Under the pieces are notes generated by a model. It was not told the origin of the DNA and did no database searches. It saw only the letters and a list, made by a program, of their open reading frames with translations. A DNA stretch of 64,000 nt from Minisyncoccota bacterium (GTDB lineage: Bacteria > Patescibacteriota > Minisyncoccia > Phycocordibacterales > SW-6-46-9): positions 149,337 to 213,336 of the forward strand of contig JBBDRP010000002.1 of the NCBI GenBank assembly GCA_040905385.1, in the 5' to 3' direction. The position numbers and the translations under genes are program-made. Position 1 is the first letter of the stretch. Every line of letters starts with the position of its first letter. Below are positions 39,884-47,804 of the stretch, piece after piece.

Positions 39884-41299
39884 ATGAAAAACAAGACAAA
39901 AATTATCGCTACAATTGGTCCTTCATCAGAATCAGCCGAGATGCTGGATAAGCTGTACGACGCGGGGGTGAACATCATTCGTCTCAATTTTTCGCATGGT
40001 GACTACCGCGAGCATGAAGGCAAGATTGATCGCTGGAACGAAATTATCTCTCATTCCGAGACATCCGGTGCGGTCATGGCCGACCTGGCCGGTCCCGAAA
40101 TTCGCACTGGTGAAATTTCTGAAGCCATCACTTTTGCGGCTGGAGACTCGCTGAATCTAACTCCTGGTGAAGAGGTGGGAGACAAGGACACGCTGTACAT
40201 TAACTACGAGCAGCTTGCTACGGATGTATCCGATGGCACAACGATTCTGATCGATGACGGCAAGGTAGTGCTTGAGGTAACCAGTACAGATGGTGACACG
40301 GTCGCCACAACGGTGACACAACCCGGCACAATCACCAGCGGCGGTCGCGGCGTTAATGTTCCTGGTATCGCACTGTCGCTGCCGTCGCTTACCGACAAAG
40401 ATCTGGAGGATCTGAAATTCTCCCTGAAAAAGCAGGTCGATTTCGTGGCTATTTCCTTTGTGAAAAATGCTGATGATATCCACCAGCTACGAGAAGAGAT
40501 TACCTCCCAGGGTGCTGAGGGCACCAAGATTGTCGCTAAAATCGAAACGCAGGCCGCCGTTGATAACATTGATGAAATCATCGAAGCCACCGACTGCATC
40601 ATGGTGGCTCGTGGTGATCTGGCGGTTGAGGTCAGTCTAGAGAATGTTCCAATTATTCAGAAGCAGATCATTCAGAAGTGCAATACCGCCGGCGTACCGG
40701 TGATTACGGCCACCCAAATGCTTGAGTCCATGACGAGCGCCTCAACTCCAACTCGCGCTGAGGCTTCTGATGTTGCTAATGCAATTCTAGATGGATCCGA
40801 TGCCATCATGCTTAGTGGCGAAACGGCCATGGGGGAGTATCCAGTCGAGACAGTAGAGGTGATGTCCCGGATTGCCGCCAAGATGGAGACGCAACGAGAC
40901 ACCATCAATCATATCGAGATCAACAAAGCTCAGTCCAAGCCGGTAAATGCGCTGACTGCTAGTGTGGTTCGTGTGGCTGATGATGTGGGGGCTAAGGCAA
41001 TTGTGGCGCTGACGGATTCTGGTTTCACGGCGCGGATGATTAGCCGCTACCGGCCGGTGCAGGACATTCTGGCCTTTAGCTCTTACGAGCGTACCTGTCG
41101 TCAATTATCTATAAATTATGGTTGTCAGCCGCGTTTTCTTAAAGAGGCTGGAGAGACCGAGCCGGCCATCAAAGCCGTCAAGGAATTACTTCTCACACAG
41201 CTAGGATTCGAATCTGGTGATAAAATAGTAGTAGCGGCCGGCGTAACCGCTACAAAGGAACGAGTCGGAACTAACGCACTGCTGATTGTCGAATTATAA
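39884..41299 (+). CDS. pyk: Pyruvate kinase
   Basis: N-terminal KTKIIATIGPSSES...NIIRLNFSHGDY; K+/Mg-binding motifs; 471 aa. Confidence 0.93.
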   Translation: MKNKTKIIATIGPSSESAEMLDKLYDAGVNIIRLNFSHGDYREHEGKIDRWNEIISHSETSGAVMADLAGPEIRTGEISEAITFAAGDSLNLTPGEEVGDKDTLYINYEQLATDVSDGTTILIDDGKVVLEVTSTDGDTVATTVTQPGTITSGGRGVNVPGIALSLPSLTDKDLEDLKFSLKKQVDFVAISFVKNADDIHQLREEITSQGAEGTKIVAKIETQAAVDNIDEIIEATDCIMVARGDLAVEVSLENVPIIQKQIIQKCNTAGVPVITATQMLESMTSASTPTRAEASDVANAILDGSDAIMLSGETAMGEYPVETVEVMSRIAAKMETQRDTINHIEINKAQSKPVNALTASVVRVADDVGAKAIVALTDSGFTARMISRYRPVQDILAFSSYERTCRQLSINYGCQPRFLKEAGETEPAIKAVKELLLTQLGFESGDKIVVAAGVTATKERVGTNALLIVEL

Positions 41300-42417
41300 T
41301 GTCTCCGAAATTAGAAAAAATACACAAATCACCAACCTTTATACGTATACACAAAGACGTTCTTCTCCGTAACTACCACTGTTTCGTATCGGGTGGTGTT
41401 GCTATCGCACCCGTAATTAAAGCCAATGCCTACGGTCACGACGCTTGTCAGGTCGCTCAGATATTTTCTGAGTATACCGAGGCGCCTTTTTTTATTACAG
41501 CTACGTATGAGCAGGCTGTTGAGCTTCGGGAAGCCGAGATTACTACGCCGCTTTTAGTGATTGGGTATGTTTCTCCGGCAGTGATTGCCGATAACCAGCA
41601 TCCTGATATTACCTTCACGGTCGTCGATCTCAATCACCTTAAGGATATTGAGACCGCACTGACCAAAACACAGCCAATTCATCTCAAGCTGGACACAGGT
41701 ATGCATCGTTATGGTGTGACTTCTAACGAGCTTGAGGACGCTATCGAGGTCTTGCAGAATGCTCGCCATACAGTTATTACCGGTGTTTTTTCACATCTGT
41801 GTGATACCTTCACAAGCGAGATAAACGGCTTCACAAAAGAGCAAATTCATCTCTTTAATCAGGCTACCAATCAGATAACTTCTGTGTTTCCATCCTGCAA
41901 AACCATCCATTTAGCCTCAACCTCCAGCCACTCGCTGCGCGATGATATCCTTGCGAATGTCGAGCGCGTCGGCATCGGCTTATTTGGTCTCGCCAACTTT
42001 ACTGATGAGTTTCATACCGAGCCGGTGCTGTCGCTTGTGAGTACAATTGCCTCAATCCGTACGGTACCGGCCGGAGAGTACGTAGGTTACAGCCGTACCT
42101 ACTCGCCGGATAAGGATCGGGTGATTGCTACAATTCCGGCGGGCTACTACGAAGGCGTCGACCGTCGGCTTTCTAATTGTGGAGTGGTGCGAATTGGTGA
42201 GGATATCTGTCCGATCGTCGGTAAGGTCAGTATGAACGCCACCACCATCGATGTTACCGACTGCACGACTCGCCCGAAGCGTGGAGACCTGGTCGAGGTA
42301 ATCTCGGCTGACCGGCAGGCACCTAATTCTGCCCGCGCCATTACGCAGACCATTGATGCCGTACACTACCGTATCACCACCCAGATTCCGGCTCGATTAC
42401 CGCGAATACTGGTCTAA
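41299..42417 (+). CDS. alr: Alanine racemase
   Basis: PLP-binding VIKANAYGHD; C-terminal IATIPAGYYEGVDRRLSN...VGKVSMNATTIDV. Confidence 0.8.
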   Translation: MSPKLEKIHKSPTFIRIHKDVLLRNYHCFVSGGVAIAPVIKANAYGHDACQVAQIFSEYTEAPFFITATYEQAVELREAEITTPLLVIGYVSPAVIADNQHPDITFTVVDLNHLKDIETALTKTQPIHLKLDTGMHRYGVTSNELEDAIEVLQNARHTVITGVFSHLCDTFTSEINGFTKEQIHLFNQATNQITSVFPSCKTIHLASTSSHSLRDDILANVERVGIGLFGLANFTDEFHTEPVLSLVSTIASIRTVPAGEYVGYSRTYSPDKDRVIATIPAGYYEGVDRRLSNCGVVRIGEDICPIVGKVSMNATTIDVTDCTTRPKRGDLVEVISADRQAPNSARAITQTIDAVHYRITTQIPARLPRILV

Positions 42418-42525
42418 ATTCTGAAAAAACGCGTAGAAAGTGTTATAATTGTATAAAGGTCGTATTTACCGCCTTTTTTAGGCTTTTTTTATACCTAAGC
42501 CAGAAGATTAGTTAATACATAAAAT

Positions 42526-43902
42526 ATGAAAAAGTCAGACTATATTGATAATTTTAAAGATAAGAAGATTACGATGATGGGCTTAGGCCTTTTGGGGCGT
42601 GGGGTGAATGTTGCCAAGTTTCTGGCCGAGTGTGGCGCCGAGCTGATCATCACTGATCTCAAGAACACGGACGAGCTGGCCGAATCACTTGAGAAGCTTA
42701 AGAAATATAAGAACATCAAGTACGTACTCGGTCGCCATCGGCTCGGGGAGTTCGAGGGTCGCGACATGATCATCAAGGCCGCCAGCGTACCGAAGGATTC
42801 CAAATATCTCGAGCGGGCACGCGAGGAAAACACACCGGTAGAGATGGATGCCAGCCTATTTGCCAGGTTAGCACCCGCTGATACAAAGATTATTGGGGTA
42901 ACCGGCACGCGCGGCAAGTCGACGGTTACTCATCTGGTTCATGATATTCTTGATGAGGCTGGTGAACGTGTTCATCTCGGTGGTAATGTCAAGGGTCGCG
43001 CGACGCTACCACTACTGAAGACGGTGAAGTCAGGTGACTATGTAGTGCTCGAACTTGACTCCTGGCAGTTGCAGGGATTCGGCGAGTCGAGCATTAGTCC
43101 TGATTTTGCTGTTTTTACGAATCTACTGGAGGATCATCAGGACTACTACAAGAACATGCGGGAGTACTTTAAGGATAAGGCCAACATTTTCCTTTATCAG
43201 CAGCCAGAAGATTATCTGATCACAACCGAAAACTCCTTTGCGGCCATTCAGAAGTACTACGGCGAGCGAGCGGCGACAAAGATCAAAGGAACCATGGCGA
43301 TGGCCAAGCCAAAGATTTTGCTGAATGACTACAAGATGCAGCTGGTTGGCGAGCACAACCGCCAGAATGTAGCGGCGGCTGTACAGCTGGCTGATCTGCT
43401 GCGGATTGATTCGTCGGTTACCAAGCGGGCTGTTGCTAACTTCAAGCCACTGGATGGTCGTCTGCAGTACGTACGCAAAATTCTCGGTCGTTCTATCTAC
43501 AATGACAACAATGCCACCACTCCCGACGCTACCGTGGCAGCCATCAAGAGCCTCCATAGTGAGCTGGAGAAAAACGCTAAGATTACGCTGATCATGGGTG
43601 GCTCTGACAAGGGGCTGGATACCACCGAGCTAGAGCGAGTGATAAAACGACACGTCTCCAACGTCGTTCTGATTCCCGGCACCGGCACCGACGAGGTTCG
43701 CTTCAAGCTCTACGATGACGACGAGCTGAACATCGACGAGAAGGAGAGTATACACGACGCGCTGCAGCTGGCTCTTGAGGAGATGTCATCACCGGGTGAT
43801 ACAATCATCTTTTCTCCTGCCTTTGCATCCTTTGATCAGTTCTCCAACGAGTACGAGCGTGAGGAGGCTTTTCTGAAGGCTGTTGATAAGCTAAAACGCT
43901 AA
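42526..43902 (+). CDS. murD: UDP-N-acetylmuramoyl-L-alanine--D-glutamate ligase MurD
   Basis: N-terminal Rossmann KKITMMGLGLLGRGVNVAKFL; Mur ligase P-loop IGVTGTRGKSTVT. Confidence 0.82.
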   Translation: MKKSDYIDNFKDKKITMMGLGLLGRGVNVAKFLAECGAELIITDLKNTDELAESLEKLKKYKNIKYVLGRHRLGEFEGRDMIIKAASVPKDSKYLERAREENTPVEMDASLFARLAPADTKIIGVTGTRGKSTVTHLVHDILDEAGERVHLGGNVKGRATLPLLKTVKSGDYVVLELDSWQLQGFGESSISPDFAVFTNLLEDHQDYYKNMREYFKDKANIFLYQQPEDYLITTENSFAAIQKYYGERAATKIKGTMAMAKPKILLNDYKMQLVGEHNRQNVAAAVQLADLLRIDSSVTKRAVANFKPLDGRLQYVRKILGRSIYNDNNATTPDATVAAIKSLHSELEKNAKITLIMGGSDKGLDTTELERVIKRHVSNVVLIPGTGTDEVRFKLYDDDELNIDEKESIHDALQLALEEMSSPGDTIIFSPAFASFDQFSNEYEREEAFLKAVDKLKR

Positions 43903-43905
43903 GCT

Positions 43906-44403
43906 ATGTATAGCGGTACAACAGACAATCCATTTCATATTTCTGTAGGTGCCGTCTTGTCTAATAAAAACGACAAGATTTGTTGTCATCGTTTTATTAC
44001 AAAAGATGTCGTTTTTCTTGAAGATCTTTCTATTAATGAGCTGCATCTCCTGATGCGTGAGACAATGGAGGATGGAGAATCATTCTCTGCTGCTGTTGCG
44101 CGCGGGCTTCAGGAGGAGTTTGGGGCAGAAGGGGAAATAAGTCATTATCTTGGGGCTATTCAGTCTCATTTTCCGAATAAAGATGAGGTAAGTATTGAAA
44201 AAACCACTCTTTATTTTCATGTTGATTGTGCAGAATTTGATCCAGCAAAAAGAGATGATAATGACCCAGAAAGTGTTAGCGAAATCGTCTGGTTAGAACC
44301 ACGAGATCTGATAGAAAAAATGAAGCATCAGTCTGAGAAATTAGATCGAACCGATCTTGATGAATCAAGTATCATTGAGAGGTACTTACAATATGTCGAC
44401 TAA
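43906..44403 (+). CDS. Nudix hydrolase-like protein
   Basis: Degenerate Nudix box (...EDGESFSAAVARGLQEEFGAEGEI, RE replaced by RG); 165 aa. Confidence 0.45.
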   Translation: MYSGTTDNPFHISVGAVLSNKNDKICCHRFITKDVVFLEDLSINELHLLMRETMEDGESFSAAVARGLQEEFGAEGEISHYLGAIQSHFPNKDEVSIEKTTLYFHVDCAEFDPAKRDDNDPESVSEIVWLEPRDLIEKMKHQSEKLDRTDLDESSIIERYLQYVD

Positions 44404-45688
44404 AATAGATTTAGAAAATATTAAAAAGGTTCACTGCGTAGGCATTGGCGGCATTGGTCTGTCGGCGGTGGCAAGGCTTTTTCACGGACGTGGGGCTGGC
44501 GTCAGCGGCTCCGACATGAACGAATCTCCCGTCACCGATGGTCTTCGAGAGATTAACATCGATGTATCCATTGGCCATGACACGGCTAACCTACCGGCAG
44601 ATGCAGATCTGGTGGTCCACACCATCGCCGTTCCGGCCGACAATCCCGAGCTAATCGCGGCTAAAAAAGGCGGCATCCCGGTGCTGACGTATCCGGAAAC
44701 CCTCGGCCTGCTTTCAGAAAATATGTACACCGTTGCCGTCTCCGGTACGCACGGTAAGACCACTACTACCGCCATGCTGGCAGAGATTCTGCTGGCGGCT
44801 GGTAAAGACCCGACTGTCATCGTCGGCAGTTTGCTGCACGCACAAAAGAGCAACTTTATCGGCGGGCAAAGCAATATTCTCGTGGTCGAGGCCTGCGAGT
44901 ACCGCCGTAGCTTTCTGCACCTACATCCAGACATTCTGGTTATCACGAATGTCGACACTGACCATCTCGACTACTTCGATGATCTGGCCGATATTCAGCA
45001 GGCTTTTACCACGCTGGTTGCACAGCTGGCTGATGATGGGGTAGTGGTGTGTGACCCGCAGGCCGATAATTTAGCGCCGGTGATCGCAGCCGCCCCGAAT
45101 GTGATTGATTTCACTGGTATTACTCTTGATGGCGAGCTGGAGGTACCTGGCGAGCATAACCGTCAAAACGGGCGCGCTGCTATTGCCGCGGCTGAGGAGC
45201 TGTCGGTCTCACACGAAGAAGCTGTTGAAACGGTTCGAAAATTCGCCGGCACCTGGCGCCGAGCCCAGAAGAAAGGCGAGTGTAATGGCGCATTTGTCTA
45301 TGATGACTACGGCCACCACCCAACAGAAGTTCGATCTACACTGGAAGGATTTCGCCAGCGTTTCCCGGATCGTCGGCTGGTCGTGGCCTTCCAGCCGCAT
45401 CTCTACAGCCGCACAAAGGAGTTTATGGATGAGTTTGCCGATAGTCTGTCGCTGGCAGATGTGGTAATTCTGCTGCCGATTTATGCGGCCCGTGAGCTTT
45501 CAGACCCGGCGGTTTCCTCGGACATTTTGGCCAAGATGCTAGCTGATAGAGACGTCTCCGTTCAGCTAGCGGCTGATTTTGACCAGGCGACGGAAAAACT
45601 GACTGATCTGGCCGATGACGGTACACTGATACTAACGCAGGGCGCCGGTGATATTTATAAAGTCGCTGATAATTTAATTAAATCATGA
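44393..45688 (+). CDS. murC: UDP-N-acetylmuramate--L-alanine ligase MurC
   Basis: KKVHCVGIGGIGLSAVARLF...GSDM; P-loop VAVSGTHGKTTTTAML. The ORF in the provided track opens at 44357 and overlaps the upstream gene; ATG 44393 (MSTKIDL...) is preferred. Confidence 0.88.
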   Translation: MSTKIDLENIKKVHCVGIGGIGLSAVARLFHGRGAGVSGSDMNESPVTDGLREINIDVSIGHDTANLPADADLVVHTIAVPADNPELIAAKKGGIPVLTYPETLGLLSENMYTVAVSGTHGKTTTTAMLAEILLAAGKDPTVIVGSLLHAQKSNFIGGQSNILVVEACEYRRSFLHLHPDILVITNVDTDHLDYFDDLADIQQAFTTLVAQLADDGVVVCDPQADNLAPVIAAAPNVIDFTGITLDGELEVPGEHNRQNGRAAIAAAEELSVSHEEAVETVRKFAGTWRRAQKKGECNGAFVYDDYGHHPTEVRSTLEGFRQRFPDRRLVVAFQPHLYSRTKEFMDEFADSLSLADVVILLPIYAARELSDPAVSSDILAKMLADRDVSVQLAADFDQATEKLTDLADDGTLILTQGAGDIYKVADNLIKS

Positions 45689-46365
45689 AAGGAATCCTAC
45701 ACATAACAGCCACTCCCATCGGAAACCTCGGCGACCTCTCTGACCGCGCCAAGGAGGTGCTTGATGATGTCGATCTGATCGCCTGTGAGGATACGCGGGT
45801 CACTCGCAAGCTCCTGAGTCATTTTGATATTCACACACCGACGGATAGTTACCACGAGCATTCCTCGGGAAACAAGCAGGATAAGATCATTGCCCGCCTA
45901 ATGGATGGTGACGACGTGGCGCTCGTCAGTGATGCCGGCACACCCGCCATATCTGACCCGGGTATGCGCCTGGTCGAGGCGGCGCACCAGGCCGGCATCA
46001 CTGTCGTGTCTGTCCCGGGGCCATCAGCGGTCATCGCCGCTCTGTCTATTGCCGGGTTACGCGCTGATGAATTCTCGTTTTACGGTTTCGTGCCGCGCAA
46101 AAAGGGAAGAGAATCATTTTTTAATACTGTAAAGGAAAGTCCGCGAACAATCGTTTTTTACGAGTCGCCGCATCGGTTCGAAAAAACCATACATGCGCTG
46201 GCGGATGTTCTGTCTGATGACCGAACGGTCGTGGTCTGCCGCGAGCTGACCAAGCAGTTTGAAAGCGTTATTCGTGGTTCGGCTCGTTTTGTTGCCGACT
46301 ACTTTATCGAGAACGAGGACAAAATCCGCGGCGAATTTGCGATTGTTATATCTCAGGCGTCATAG
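45685..46365 (+). CDS. rsmI: 16S rRNA (cytidine1402-2'-O)-methyltransferase RsmI
   Basis: LHITATPIGNLGDLSDRAKEVLDDVDLIACEDTRVTRKLL; tetrapyrrole-methylase fold; 226 aa. Confidence 0.88.
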   Translation: MKGILHITATPIGNLGDLSDRAKEVLDDVDLIACEDTRVTRKLLSHFDIHTPTDSYHEHSSGNKQDKIIARLMDGDDVALVSDAGTPAISDPGMRLVEAAHQAGITVVSVPGPSAVIAALSIAGLRADEFSFYGFVPRKKGRESFFNTVKESPRTIVFYESPHRFEKTIHALADVLSDDRTVVVCRELTKQFESVIRGSARFVADYFIENEDKIRGEFAIVISQAS

Positions 46366-46461
46366 TCTTTGGAAAAGAGAGGTAGCGAGCGAATGTGTAA
46401 AGAATATAGAAGAAGGATGAACTGCAAGCGCTTAACTAGTAAGTGTTTGCAGTGAATTCCA

Positions 46462-46561
46462 CGGAAGATGGAGGCAGGTCCGACTAATAGTCGGACCGTT
46501 GGAAGGAAGAAACCCACTGCGTAGCAAAGGTGTCTTACTCCAAGAAAAGTAGTGATATAAT
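46462..46561 (+). promoter_or_regulatory. Conserved approximately 83-nt structured element (copy 1) followed by an extended -10 TGATATAAT (46553-46561), ending 6 nt before ATG 46568
   Basis: Near-identical second copy at 47702-47793. Central perfect hairpin gtccgactaatagtcggac versus gtcccgctaaagcgggac in copy 2, with compensatory changes. Confidence 0.6.
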
Positions 46562-46567
46562 AAGTTC

Positions 46568-47053
46568 ATGACACGACTTTCGATACTTATGTGGATTGCA
46601 GTTTTTACGGCCATCGTGCCGGTGCTGGCGATTCCAACCGCGGTTATCCGCGCCGTTGTGGTGGCAGCAGCGATCGTGATGGCGGGTATCGCGTACTCTC
46701 TGCGTCGGCAGCCGAAAAATACCTCGACTGCTCCACGCCTACCCGAGAGAGACAAGCCCAAAAGCCCGGATTCACCGCAGCCAGAAACTGAGACTGGCAT
46801 CACTCCAAACCAATCGGAAAAGGAGCCAGAGGCGGAACCGACGGAACCAAAAGAGCTGACCGAGGAAGACCTGAAACGACAGTTTTTTAACACGTCACCA
46901 AAAAACGAGAAGTCAGCGTCGAAAATTGAAAATTCAGGAAAAGATACGAAAAATCAAAGCTCCGACAAACCGATCAACGTAACCGACCCCAACAGCGATC
47001 GCTTCGTTGCCGTCAATACCTACAAAAGCCGCTCCCAGCAGCTACGAAAATAA
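46568..47053 (+). CDS. Hypothetical membrane protein with a Pro/Glu/Lys-rich C-terminal tail
   Basis: Two N-terminal TM helices; low-complexity charged tail (PKSPDSPQPETETG...). Confidence 0.45.
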   Translation: MTRLSILMWIAVFTAIVPVLAIPTAVIRAVVVAAAIVMAGIAYSLRRQPKNTSTAPRLPERDKPKSPDSPQPETETGITPNQSEKEPEAEPTEPKELTEEDLKRQFFNTSPKNEKSASKIENSGKDTKNQSSDKPINVTDPNSDRFVAVNTYKSRSQQLRK

Positions 47054-47701
47054 AAAAACACCTTTCTGATAGAGAAAGATGAATGTGTTGTGTTATTGGT
47101 TGTGAAAAGCTTATTGAGGCTTTTCTCTGTAGACCCTAGCTCCGGGTCGAATTCCGCGCTTGGCGGAACTCATGTTTACCTGAATCCAGGAAATTGATTT
47201 CGTCTTTAGACGAAACTGCTTTCATGGCAGTAAACATGATTTGGTAAATTATTACTTCTCCGCGCGGGCCCTAGGCTAATTACCTTACGCCCGTACAGTA
47301 TTTCTATTTGTATAAATGTGAACTTTGATTTTTTAAAGAACAATTTTACAGAAATACTCCTCGTTTATGAGGCCGCTTTGCGACCAGATCTTGCTATCCC
47401 CGTTTGTCTATCAGCCATTCAACGGGATACTCAAACTATAGATCTGGATAAGTAGGTCTATGCCTACCTAAGTTTCCGTCACGAGTTTATCGTGATAGTT
47501 TCCGGTCTTACAGCAGTGCTGTAAGAAAATATAAATTCTGTAATAAAGAATTCTGCCCTTATTATACGAATCCGGCATGACTTGGCAAGCCCTTTATATA
47601 AGGAAAACCTTAAACATGTAAACGTAGCGAACTGATGCGTTTATTTTATGAAAAGCACTATCTTAAAGTGCTTGACTTGCGAGTGCTTTAAGATAGTACG
47701 T

Positions 47702-47793
47702 CGGAAGATGGAGGCAGTCCCGCTAAAGCGGGACGTTGGAAGGAAGAAACCCACTGCGTAGCAGGGGTGTCTTCCTCCAAGCAATGATATAAT
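47702..47793 (+). promoter_or_regulatory. Conserved structured element (copy 2) plus extended -10 TGATATAAT (47785-47793), upstream of ATG 47805
   Basis: See copy 1; an upstream hairpin containing TTGACT lies at about 47670-47700. Confidence 0.6.
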
Positions 47794-47804
47794 GATGTAT
47801 AGCT

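Noticed and set aside
44357-44392. Upstream extension of murC overlapping the Nudix-like gene by 47 nt
   Set aside because: The later ATG (44393, MSTKIDL...) gives a canonical MurC N-terminus and avoids the overlap, so the extension is judged an artefact of ORF calling.
47100-47200. tRNA-like T-arm resemblance (gggtcgaattccgcg) in the 47 kb spacer
   Set aside because: I could not complete a cloverleaf on either strand, so it is more likely a simple hairpin than a tRNA remnant.
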